Below the pieces are notes generated by a model. The model was not told where the DNA came from, searched no databases, and saw nothing but the letters and a program-made list of their open reading frames with translations. Of a stretch of 64,000 nucleotides of DNA, positions 50,453-59,469 are shown in pieces (the stretch's first letter is position 1; every line of letters begins with the position of its first letter). The translations under genes and the position numbers were made by a program. Source of the DNA: an uncultured Chitinophagaceae bacterium (GTDB taxonomy: Bacteria > Bacteroidota > Bacteroidia > Chitinophagales > LD1); contig CAYNMP010000001.1 in NCBI GenBank assembly GCA_964398475.1, positions 211,912 through 275,911 of the forward strand, given 5' to 3'.

Positions 50453-50752
50453 GTGAAACATTTAATCGACAACATTAATAAATCCTTTGAAAGCCGTGTT
50501 CGGCTTGGGGTGATGTCGTCATTAATGGTGAACGAATCCATTGATTTTCTAACATTGAAAGCACTTTTGGATGTTACCGATGGGAATTTGGCTAGTCACA
50601 TATCGGCATTAGAAGCAGAAGGATTCTTAATTGTAAAGAAGGAGTTTGTGGGAAAGAAAACGAAAACAAGTTACACGGCTACAAAATTCGGGAAACAAGC
50701 ATTCATGAACCATCTGAAAGCATTGGAAGATTTAATCAAATCGCAGAAATAA
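50453..50752 (+). CDS. Winged helix-turn-helix transcriptional regulator (MarR/ArsR-like)
   Basis: FESRVRLGVMSSL, FLTLKALLDVTDGNLASHISALE, YTATKFG. GTG start. Confidence 0.9.
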   Translation: MKHLIDNINKSFESRVRLGVMSSLMVNESIDFLTLKALLDVTDGNLASHISALEAEGFLIVKKEFVGKKTKTSYTATKFGKQAFMNHLKALEDLIKSQK

Positions 50753-50769
50753 TTTTTTTTGTCATTATA

Positions 50770-50784
50770 CTTTGAAATACAAAG
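50770..50784. promoter_or_regulatory. Palindromic operator candidate 2
   Basis: CTTTG-AAATA-CAAAG, 6 nt before ATG 50791. Same flanks as copy 1 (A before; C[A/G]CTTT after). Confidence 0.7.
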
Positions 50785-50790
50785 CGCTTT

Positions 50791-51285
50791 ATGAAAAATA
50801 AAAATCAAATCAAAAAAATACAAGCCATAACCGTGTTTTTTATGGCTGCCCTTGCGGTAAGCGGATTAACGGCTATTCCGGTAAAAACAGAAATTGTTTG
50901 GTTGCAAAATGCAGTGCCGGCATCATGGGGAACTATTCAGCAATTCCTATCGACCATTCGCAATGCACTATATAGTTGTGATGAGACAATACTCTATGGT
51001 TTCGATTGGCTTGCCTTTGCGCATGTGGTGATTGCCATTTTGTTTATTGGTGTTTTACGCGACCCGGTGCGCAACATTTGGGTAGTCGAGTTTGGCATGA
51101 TTGCCTGTATACTGATTTTACCATTTGCCTTTGTGATGGGAAATGAACGTGGTATTCCGCTGTGGTGGCAGCTCATCGATTGCAGCTTTGGTGTATTTGG
51201 CATCATTCCGCTGTGGTATGTTCGCAACCTTATTTTTCAACTCGAAAAACGGCAACAAGAAGAAATGCGTTGTCTTATTTTTTAA
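50791..51285 (+). CDS. Uncharacterised 4-TM membrane protein
   Basis: Hydrophobic helices with motif YGFDWLAFAH...RDPVRNIWVVEFG...RGIP...IDCSFG. Confidence 0.8.
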   Translation: MKNKNQIKKIQAITVFFMAALAVSGLTAIPVKTEIVWLQNAVPASWGTIQQFLSTIRNALYSCDETILYGFDWLAFAHVVIAILFIGVLRDPVRNIWVVEFGMIACILILPFAFVMGNERGIPLWWQLIDCSFGVFGIIPLWYVRNLIFQLEKRQQEEMRCLIF

Positions 51286-51356
51286 TTATTCGCCCTCTTT
51301 TATTCATCATATAAATGTAAAGCATGGAACAGTTGTACATCATCAAATAAAACAAC

Positions 51357-52934
51357 ATGTTAAACAACAGAACGCTGATTCTGATCAGCACAGCCGCTTT
51401 TTGCGGGCTTTTCTATCATCAATCGGATGGTATCAATTATCTTATTTTTAATGTGCTGCTTTTAGGAGCGTTACTAATGCGCGACAGCACGTTGCTTAAA
51501 AGTAAAAGTTTTCTAAGTATTGCTACAGCTGCTTTAGCGAGTGCTTTTGCTATTTATTGGTATGGAACTGATTGGCCGTTTCAAATGAATATTTTATCGT
51601 TATTGGCATTGGCAGGTTATAGTTATTCAAGAGAAAGTTCGTTGTTAGTGGCAATCTTTCATGGAGGCTATTCTTTTTTTGCGTCACCAGTAGTACATGT
51701 GTTTGATCGTCTGTTCAAAAGCGCAGATGCGCTGAAAACCAAAGAGAGTAGGCTATTTAAACGCGTTGTATTGTCGATTGTTCCGCTCGTTGTTGTTGTC
51801 ATTTTCATACAAATTTACCGTTCCGGTAATCCCATTTTCGACAAATATGTCAGTGAACTGAATTTCGATTTCATATCGTTGGAATGGTTATTCTTCATGT
51901 TATATGGTGCTTGGTTGATGTTTGCTTTTTTCAAACAGTCAACTATACGAAAACTACAACATAGCGATATTGAAACACCTGACGCACTTCGAATAATTAC
52001 AGAGGAAGAACATACCGAAAGTTATTTTGGGCAATTGATTCAAATTCCAAATGAAGTATTTACAGGTGTTTTACTTTTTGCATTATTGAATGTACTGTTG
52101 GCTTGTGTGAACGGTTTGGATTTTTACTTCGTTTTCTTTAAAAGCAAACTTCCGGAAGGAATATCGATTTCGCAATATGTACACAACGGAACAAATTCGC
52201 TCATCACATCCATAGTCCTTGCTTCGCTTATTATTCTTTTTTATTTCCGAGGCTATTTGAACTATTACTCGAAGAGCTCGTGGTTGAAAGGGTTAGCCTA
52301 TTTATGGATTCTGCAAAATGCACTGCTCATTTTTTCAACTGCTTATCGTAACGGTATGTATATCGATGGTTTTGGGTTGACCCATAAACGCATTGGCGTG
52401 CTCATTTATCTGCTACTAACCATGATAGGATTGTTAACCGTTGCCATTAAAATTGCCCTCACCAAAAATAACTGGTTCTTGTTTCGCAAAAATGCTTGGG
52501 CAATCTATTTGACGTTAATAGTGTATGTCTTATTCGATTGGGACAGCATCATCACCAATTATAATTTACACCATTTTGAAACCGATAAAAAAATGGAAAT
52601 CGATCAACGCTATTTGGTAAATCTCAGTCATACCAACCTTTCTACACTCTTTGAGTTTTATTTGGTGAAGCAAAAAAAGCTGAACGACAAAAAACAAGAT
52701 ATGGACAACGAATATAACGAAGACAGTTTCAGCAGTAGTTCAGGTAGAAGCAGTATGGCGTACACACAAGAAATTGAGCGTATGGTTTGGGATAAGTATC
52801 GTGAATTAAAAGCGGACTATAAAACGCACGACTGGCCTTCGGAGTGTTATACGAGGACAAAAAATCTTCGTGAAACTGAAGCCCTTATTGCGCAATATCA
52901 GTTAAAGGAAGTTTTACCCGTAAATCCTCGATAA
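51357..52934 (+). CDS. DUF4153/DUF4173-like polytopic membrane protein
   Basis: Many TM helices; SGNPIFD, SQYVHNG, RNGMYIDGFGLTHKRI, IDQRYLVNLS. Confidence 0.78.
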   Translation: MLNNRTLILISTAAFCGLFYHQSDGINYLIFNVLLLGALLMRDSTLLKSKSFLSIATAALASAFAIYWYGTDWPFQMNILSLLALAGYSYSRESSLLVAIFHGGYSFFASPVVHVFDRLFKSADALKTKESRLFKRVVLSIVPLVVVVIFIQIYRSGNPIFDKYVSELNFDFISLEWLFFMLYGAWLMFAFFKQSTIRKLQHSDIETPDALRIITEEEHTESYFGQLIQIPNEVFTGVLLFALLNVLLACVNGLDFYFVFFKSKLPEGISISQYVHNGTNSLITSIVLASLIILFYFRGYLNYYSKSSWLKGLAYLWILQNALLIFSTAYRNGMYIDGFGLTHKRIGVLIYLLLTMIGLLTVAIKIALTKNNWFLFRKNAWAIYLTLIVYVLFDWDSIITNYNLHHFETDKKMEIDQRYLVNLSHTNLSTLFEFYLVKQKKLNDKKQDMDNEYNEDSFSSSSGRSSMAYTQEIERMVWDKYRELKADYKTHDWPSECYTRTKNLRETEALIAQYQLKEVLPVNPR

Positions 52935-52937
52935 GTT

Positions 52938-53591
52938 ATGCGAAAAGAAAATCGAGTACGAACACTGTTAATACTACTGAGCCTATTTTGCTTTGTGATT
53001 GAATGCGCGCGGATCTATGAAAGCGGAAGAATCACATATGTCTTTTTACTTTGGAATTTATTTTTGGCTTGGGTACCTTATATAATTGGTACATATATGT
53101 CAACGACAAAACAAAACACTTCACCTCTAATGCAATGGGTTGTGTTTTTGGTTTGGTTACTGTTCTTCCCAAACACCACATACTTGATGAGTGATTTGAT
53201 TCACTTACATCCGCAATGGCCTATTCCGCTTTGGTTTGATGCCTTTTTATTAAACGCCTTTGCTTGGAATGGCTTATTGCTCGGATTGTTCAGTTTGCAA
53301 CACGCACATGTGTTTTTAAATCAACAACTTTCCCCAACACGCGCATGGTTCGGAATGATTGGGGTCATTTGCTTAAGTGGCTTAGGTGTGTATATGGGTC
53401 GTTATCTGCGTTTCAACAGTTGGGATGTGCTCGCTAACCCATTCGAAATTATTCAAACGATTTTTACGCAATTGATACATCCGTTTCACTATCACACGCT
53501 ATGGCTGTTCAGTGCCGGATTTGCAGCTATTTTGATGATGAGCTATGTGCTATTTTATTATGCTATTAAGTCTAAACCTGAAATAGAATGA
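52938..53591 (+). CDS. DUF1361-like membrane protein
   Basis: FLLWNLFLAWVP, WLLFFPNTTYLMSDLIHL, GVYMGRYLRFNSWD. Confidence 0.88.
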   Translation: MRKENRVRTLLILLSLFCFVIECARIYESGRITYVFLLWNLFLAWVPYIIGTYMSTTKQNTSPLMQWVVFLVWLLFFPNTTYLMSDLIHLHPQWPIPLWFDAFLLNAFAWNGLLLGLFSLQHAHVFLNQQLSPTRAWFGMIGVICLSGLGVYMGRYLRFNSWDVLANPFEIIQTIFTQLIHPFHYHTLWLFSAGFAAILMMSYVLFYYAIKSKPEIE

Positions 53592-54031
53592 GTCTAAAAA
53601 ATGTGTGGAGGGCTACTTGGTTTTCGTTTGCAGTAGGTTTTATTCTTGCAACAGTAGCGTTTGCCGGTATTTTCCTCTTAACGGATGAAATAAACAACTG
53701 TTATGATATTTATATCTTACTTTTTGTGTTAAGTGTAATGGGTGCAGTGTATGCAATTGTACAATTTAGTTTTTCTTTTTTGCTAAAAGCGTTTTTGATA
53801 GATAGACATTTATCGCCTAATGAAGTTTTGGGAATAGCATTAAAGCTTATGCTCTTTCTCTATGGCTTTGTATTCTTTATTTGTTGGGGCATAAGTGGTT
53901 TTAGTGCAAAAAAAGACGAGCTTTTATTTATTTCAGTATTCTCCATTCCCTATGTGATTAATTGCTTGATCTTTGTTGTGCGATTACATTATTTGTGCTG
54001 GAAGGATTCGAAATACAGTGCTATAATTTAA
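53588..54031 (+). CDS. Hypothetical 4-TM membrane protein
   Basis: ATGA overlap with the previous stop; four hydrophobic segments; AT-rich. Confidence 0.65.
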   Translation: MSLKNVWRATWFSFAVGFILATVAFAGIFLLTDEINNCYDIYILLFVLSVMGAVYAIVQFSFSFLLKAFLIDRHLSPNEVLGIALKLMLFLYGFVFFICWGISGFSAKKDELLFISVFSIPYVINCLIFVVRLHYLCWKDSKYSAII

Positions 54032-54181
54032 TATTTGCCAAAATCGCAAACGAAATAAGCATCTTTCATTACAACATTCCGTCCACTTGTTGAAGAGCCA
54101 ATATGGTGACGAAAATCATTGCCGAATGTATTTGTATTTCTTGTCCCTTTTTTTGTTCCTTTAAGGTATAAAGCATACGCC

Positions 54182-55105
54182 ATGTTGTTGTCGATTTTTA
54201 AACTTTACCCAACCGATCAAGATCCGGTTGCCTATGCCATTCCGTTTTTCATTGTGCTTATTTTAATTGAGGCCTATGTAGGCTACAAGCAACAGCATCG
54301 CAATTACTTGTCGAAAGATGCAGCAGCCTCTATTGCCATGGGGATTGGCTCGGTATTAGTCAATTTTGTGATGAAAAGCTTAGCCTTTGGGGTGTATACT
54401 ATTGTTTATGAATTTCGTTTATTCGAGATTGGTTGGCATTGGTGGAGCTGGGTGCTTATCTTCTTTGCGGATGATTTTACGTTCTATTGGTACCACCGTT
54501 TTGCACACGAAATTCGAATTCTTTGGGCTGCACATGTGAATCATCATTCATCGGTGGAGTATTCCTTGTCGATTGCCCTTCGTCAGAGTTGGGGTGAATT
54601 GTTGTTCAAATATTTCTTTTGGTTGTGGTTGCCAGTAGTGGGATTCCCACCAATGATGGTCTTTATGATGATTTCAATTAGTTTGATTTACCAGTTTTGG
54701 GTGCATACCGAGCTCATCCACAAGTTTCCGAAATGGATTGAATGGATAATGAATACACCTTCTCATCACCGCGTTCACCACGCATCAAACTATCGCTACC
54801 TTGATCGGAACCATGCAGGCATCTTAATTATTTGGGATCGAATGTTTGGTACATTTTCCGAGGAACTAGATGAAGAAAAACCTGTATTCGGCATAACAGT
54901 AAATATTCATACATACAATCCATTTAAAATTGCCAGCCACGAGTATATTGCCATTTGGCGCGATATACTTCGTGCCCCAACATTGAAAGATAAGTTGAAT
55001 TACATTTTTCAAGCACCGGGTTGGAGCCACGATGGGCCGGATTTACGCGCCAAAGTGTTGAGAAAAACCGTTGCCGGAAAACAAAGTGCAGTCGCAACAA
55101 ATTAG
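54182..55105 (+). CDS. Sterol desaturase / fatty acid hydroxylase superfamily protein
   Basis: His boxes HRFAH, HVNHH and HRVHH; QFWVHTE; WDRMFGTF. Start placed at MLLSIF (54182). Confidence 0.9.
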   Translation: MLLSIFKLYPTDQDPVAYAIPFFIVLILIEAYVGYKQQHRNYLSKDAAASIAMGIGSVLVNFVMKSLAFGVYTIVYEFRLFEIGWHWWSWVLIFFADDFTFYWYHRFAHEIRILWAAHVNHHSSVEYSLSIALRQSWGELLFKYFFWLWLPVVGFPPMMVFMMISISLIYQFWVHTELIHKFPKWIEWIMNTPSHHRVHHASNYRYLDRNHAGILIIWDRMFGTFSEELDEEKPVFGITVNIHTYNPFKIASHEYIAIWRDILRAPTLKDKLNYIFQAPGWSHDGPDLRAKVLRKTVAGKQSAVATN

Positions 55106-55135
55106 TTTTGTCTATTATTGCAAAAAATAATTGTG

Positions 55136-55645
55136 ATGCGCTATTTATCTGTTGCTTTGCTTTCGGTTTTGCTGTTTGCTCAAGGTTGTTCATACAATCA
55201 ACAGCCCAAAACTATAGTTGTCGATAACCAATTCAGCATGGTTGTTCCTTCATTTATGAAAGAAGATAAAGAGGTAAGACCCGGTTCCTCTTTCCAATAT
55301 GCCAATCGTTACAGAAATTTGTATTCTACCGTTTTCTTCGATAAAAAAGAGGCTGTAGGGCAAACTATCGAACAATTTTATCCTTCGCAAATCCAAATTA
55401 TCAAAAATGTATTGGATAAGCCTTTGGTTACTGATTCTGTTGGTATTACCATTGATGGGCAGCATGCTATTCAAACGGAAGTATTTGGTAAAATGCAAGG
55501 CGAGTATATTTACTATTCGCATTTACTAATTGAAACTCCTGATAAATACTACCAGGTATGCGTTTGGACACGAGGCGAAGATCGAAAATTAAAATATGCT
55601 AAGGATATTGAGACCTTACTCTACTCGTTCAAATTGGTAAAATAA
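55136..55645 (+). CDS. Putative lipoprotein
   Basis: MRYLSVALLSVLLFAQG-C lipobox-like signal followed by a beta-rich domain. Confidence 0.7.
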   Translation: MRYLSVALLSVLLFAQGCSYNQQPKTIVVDNQFSMVVPSFMKEDKEVRPGSSFQYANRYRNLYSTVFFDKKEAVGQTIEQFYPSQIQIIKNVLDKPLVTDSVGITIDGQHAIQTEVFGKMQGEYIYYSHLLIETPDKYYQVCVWTRGEDRKLKYAKDIETLLYSFKLVK

Positions 55646-56404
55646 ATGTTCCGACATAAAGGCAATTCCCGAACATTTCAGCATAATGTTTCACTAGCTG
55701 TTTCACTTTCTTTGATTGCAGGAATGGTGAATGTAAGCGGGGTGTTAGCCTTGAAAATACTAACGACAAACGTAACCGGGCATTTCGCTTTTTTTGCCGA
55801 AGAAATTGTAAACGAGCGCTACAGCGATGCTTTCATTTTTGCTTTTTTTATTCTCAGCTTCCTTTTTGGAGCATTCTCGTCCGGATTGCTTATTGAAATT
55901 TCACAGCGTTATAAATTCTATTTTTCATATGCTGTACCAATGGTGATGGAAGTCGCTTTATTGGTTATAGTTGGGGTGTGGGGGAATCAACCTTTATTTG
56001 CCCATCATCCGCATTTTGTAGCCTACATTCTCTTGTTCGCCATGGGCTTACAAAATGCATTGGTAACTCAAATTTCTAAATCAACGGTACGTACAACGCA
56101 TCTAACCGGATTGTTCACCGATTTAGGAATTGAAATAGCACAGCTTTTTTTCTATACCGATAAAGTCGATTCCACCCGACTTAAGCAAAGCGTATTCCTC
56201 CGACTTACAATTATAGTTTCCTTCTTTTTGGGTTGTATCATAGGTGGTTTTCTGTTTAGAGAAATACAGTTAAAAACAGTTTTAGTAGCTGCTTGTTTGT
56301 TATCAATGGCAGTTACTTTAGATAATATTCGAATTTACTACTATATATTCAAGCGAAAGGTAGTTTCGGCTATTGGGAAAGAGACAAAGCAAGCTGATAG
56401 TTAA
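55646..56404 (+). CDS. YoaK/DUF1275 family membrane protein
   Basis: AGMVNVSG, TTNVTGH, FAMGLQNA, VRTTHLTGLFTDLG, FFLGCIIG. Confidence 0.9.
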   Translation: MFRHKGNSRTFQHNVSLAVSLSLIAGMVNVSGVLALKILTTNVTGHFAFFAEEIVNERYSDAFIFAFFILSFLFGAFSSGLLIEISQRYKFYFSYAVPMVMEVALLVIVGVWGNQPLFAHHPHFVAYILLFAMGLQNALVTQISKSTVRTTHLTGLFTDLGIEIAQLFFYTDKVDSTRLKQSVFLRLTIIVSFFLGCIIGGFLFREIQLKTVLVAACLLSMAVTLDNIRIYYYIFKRKVVSAIGKETKQADS

Positions 56405-56467
56405 TATAAATCTACGTGTGTTTGTTGCTTTTTCTCAGTCGTTTACAAAATCTTTTCCTAAAAATTC

Positions 56468-56496
56468 TTTGCGATTCGATTTTCCCTATACATTTG
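56468..56496 (+). promoter_or_regulatory. Probable Bacteroidota sigma-A promoter for kup
   Basis: TTTG at 56468-56471 and TACATTTG at 56489-56496 (TAnnTTTG). The 17-nt spacing is slightly shorter than typical. Confidence 0.5.
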
Positions 56497-56587
56497 CAAC
56501 CTCAATTTTTATAAATGAAATCGTCCCCCGTGGCAGATGCTTGGTATTACCGCTTCTTATTTCATTTTTCTATTAATCTAATCCATT

Positions 56588-58528
56588 ATGGCCGATAAGG
56601 ATAATTTACATAAGCTGTCAGCAGCAGGTATGATGATAACACTTGGAATTGTATTCGGTGATATCGGAACCTCACCTATCTACGTTTTAAGTGCCATCAT
56701 TAAAGGCCAACAACTTCGTCCGGAATTAATTTTAGGCGGACTGTCTTGTGTGTTTTGGACACTTTTAGTGATTACCACAGTGAAGTATGTCTACCTTGCA
56801 TTAAATGCCGATAACAAAGGCGAGGGTGGGATTTTTGCCCTTTATGCTTTAGTGAGAAGGTATAAAGTAGGTTGGACGATTTACCCGGCCCTCATCGGTT
56901 GTGCTACTTTGATTGCCGATGGATTCATTACGCCACCTATTTCAATATCTTCAGCGGTTGAGGGTTTACACCTGATCTATCCTGAACTCGAATCGGTAGT
57001 GCCTATTGTAATTGTAATATTGGTGGGTTTGTTTGTGTTTCAACAATTTGGAACGAAAGTAGTAGGAGGCATTTTTGGTCCTGTAATGGCAGTTTGGTTT
57101 GTAATGATTGCTATTTTAGGCGGACATCAAATTATCCAACATCCACAAATTCTTAAGGCTGTTAACCCATATTGGGCCATTAATCTATTGACAAATGAAC
57201 CCGGTGGATTCTGGTTGTTAGGTGCTGTATTCTTATGTACAACAGGGGGGGAAGCCTTATACTCAGATATGGGGCATGTGGGAAAACAAAATATTCGTGT
57301 GAGTTGGATGCTCGTGATTGTATGTTTGATGATTAGCTACTTTGGGCAATCAGCATATTTGTTGCATGCTTTTGAAACCGGAGCTAAAGTATCTTCTCCA
57401 TTCTACGATATCATGCCGAAATGGTTCTTGCCCTATGGTGTAGCAATTGCAACAATGTCTACTATTATTGCCTCCCAAGCCTTAATTACAGGCTGCTTTA
57501 CTTTGGTGAACGAAGCCATGAAATTACGCTTGTGGCCGAACTTAAAAGTGCTTTATCCTACTACACACCAAGGACAAATGTATATACCTGGTATTAACTG
57601 GTTTTTGTTTTTTGGCTGTATTGCGGTGGTATTGATTTTCCGTGAATCTGGTGCAATGGAAGCAGCATATGGTTTAGCCATTATGTTGAATATGCTCATG
57701 ACTACCACCTTAATGGTGTATTGGTTGCTATTGAAACGCAAACCGAAAATAGTGGTCATTGGATTTGCTACTTTCTTTTACTTTGTAGAAGGAGCTTTCT
57801 TCATTTCTAATTTGGATAAGTTCCCACATGGTGGATGGTTCACATTCATGTTGTCGGTTATACTTTTTGGGGGTATGTTAATCATTTACAGAGCACGACA
57901 ATTGCGCGCCAAACACATGGAATTTGTTGAAATCAAAGATTACATCGAACCGTTGAAAGACTTGATGAAAGATGAAACCATTCCGAAAGAAGCTAACAAC
58001 TTGGTGTACTTGAGTATGGCCAACGATAGAAGTCATATCGATTCAAACATCATTTATTCTATCTTCCGTAAACGACCAAAACGTGCCGATATTTATTGGT
58101 TGGTTCACGTTGATATTTGCAGCGAACCTTATGGTGCTTCGTATTCAGTAGATCCAATTATTCCGGGACGTTGTTTCTTTGTACGCCTAAAATTCGGTTT
58201 CAAAGTAGAACACAAAGTGAATTTGATGTTCCGCAAAATTGTACAAGAAATGGTTGCTTCGGGTGAAGTGGATGAAATCAGTCACTACCCATCATTACGT
58301 AAATACAATATGCCGGCCGATTTCAAATTCATTTTATTGAACTCGCGTGTAGCTATTGACGACTCTCTTACTCCATTGGAACAATTTGTAGTGAAGGGCT
58401 ATAGATTAATTAAAAGCATAAGTCTTTCTACCGCGGAAGACTTCGGTTTGGAGTTGACGAACGTAGAAGAAGAGAAAGTGCCAATCAGCTTGAAAACAGC
58501 GAAAGAAATTAAATTACAACGCGTTTAA
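56588..58528 (+). CDS. kup: KUP/HAK/KT family potassium transporter
   Basis: GIVFGDIGTSPIY, ADNKGEGG, DGFITPPISISSAVEG, GGEALYSDMGH, SQALITG, AAYG. Confidence 0.96.
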   Translation: MADKDNLHKLSAAGMMITLGIVFGDIGTSPIYVLSAIIKGQQLRPELILGGLSCVFWTLLVITTVKYVYLALNADNKGEGGIFALYALVRRYKVGWTIYPALIGCATLIADGFITPPISISSAVEGLHLIYPELESVVPIVIVILVGLFVFQQFGTKVVGGIFGPVMAVWFVMIAILGGHQIIQHPQILKAVNPYWAINLLTNEPGGFWLLGAVFLCTTGGEALYSDMGHVGKQNIRVSWMLVIVCLMISYFGQSAYLLHAFETGAKVSSPFYDIMPKWFLPYGVAIATMSTIIASQALITGCFTLVNEAMKLRLWPNLKVLYPTTHQGQMYIPGINWFLFFGCIAVVLIFRESGAMEAAYGLAIMLNMLMTTTLMVYWLLLKRKPKIVVIGFATFFYFVEGAFFISNLDKFPHGGWFTFMLSVILFGGMLIIYRARQLRAKHMEFVEIKDYIEPLKDLMKDETIPKEANNLVYLSMANDRSHIDSNIIYSIFRKRPKRADIYWLVHVDICSEPYGASYSVDPIIPGRCFFVRLKFGFKVEHKVNLMFRKIVQEMVASGEVDEISHYPSLRKYNMPADFKFILLNSRVAIDDSLTPLEQFVVKGYRLIKSISLSTAEDFGLELTNVEEEKVPISLKTAKEIKLQRV

Positions 58529-59364
58529 CTTTTCGAAGATTGTAGGTGCCATTCCAATAATCGTTCAATCGGTTGTTGAATGATAACGCCAATTTTACAA
58601 CCATGCGATTGGGCTACTTGTCTCACTGTATCTGAAAAGTGATGAGCTATACTACCTACAAAAGAAACAGGATACGATTGATAATTCGGATAGCAACATA
58701 CATGCTGTTTAAAGAATTCGTTAATGCCTTCGTACACTAATTGCTGAATATATTCCGTGTCGGGACTTTCCGACAATACCTTCGCAAATGAGGCTAGATA
58801 AACATTTGCATGTGGTTCTTTATACACTGCATGGAAGATATTTTCCTTCGTTACTTTATATTTTTCAACCAATAGTTTTTCTGTTGCTTTCGGAAGTTGG
58901 TGATATAAGAATGACGTCAATAATTTTTTGCCGAAGTAACTTCCACTGCCTTCATCGCCAAGCACATAACCTAAAGCAGGAACTACTTCTGAATAGGCTT
59001 TGCCGTCAAATAAGCACGAATTTGAACCTGTACCGATAATACAAGAAATTGTAGGTCTACCTACGTAAGTCGCAAAAGCAGAAGCTTCCATATCGTGTCC
59101 AACAAAAATTTCAGCATCGGTAAAAAAAGCTTTTAACGCATCGGCTACCACTTGATTTCTATCGGCACTGGAACAACCCGAACCGTAAAACACCACATTG
59201 GTAAATGTTCCGGCTACTGCCGAAAGTGTTTCGTTTTTCTTTAGTTCCTCTAATATGGATGCAGTAGAATGAAAAAATGGATTGAATCCAATGGTTTCGA
59301 AGCGATCTTTATTTACACTAATCCAATTAGTTTTGGTGGAACCCGAGTCGGCAACAAGTAGCAT
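58525..59364 (-). CDS. N-acetylglucosamine kinase-like BadF/BadG/BcrA/BcrD ATPase
   Basis: LLVADSGSTKT, GFNPF, IIGTGSNS, LGDEGSG, FVGSIA. Start placed at MLLVAD (59364). Confidence 0.87.
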   Translation of the reverse strand: MLLVADSGSTKTNWISVNKDRFETIGFNPFFHSTASILEELKKNETLSAVAGTFTNVVFYGSGCSSADRNQVVADALKAFFTDAEIFVGHDMEASAFATYVGRPTISCIIGTGSNSCLFDGKAYSEVVPALGYVLGDEGSGSYFGKKLLTSFLYHQLPKATEKLLVEKYKVTKENIFHAVYKEPHANVYLASFAKVLSESPDTEYIQQLVYEGINEFFKQHVCCYPNYQSYPVSFVGSIAHHFSDTVRQVAQSHGCKIGVIIQQPIERLLEWHLQSSKS

Positions 59365-59469
59365 GGTTTGATTTTTTCTAAAATTAATGGATTGCACAAG
59401 AAAAAGAAACTGCATCAAGCTTGCCGTTTTTTTTTCATCAAATTGGATTAGGTTTACACCACTAAAACA

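Noticed and set aside
56497-56587. c-di-AMP (ydaO) riboswitch upstream of kup
   Set aside because: The leader is too short and lacks the recognisable conserved blocks.
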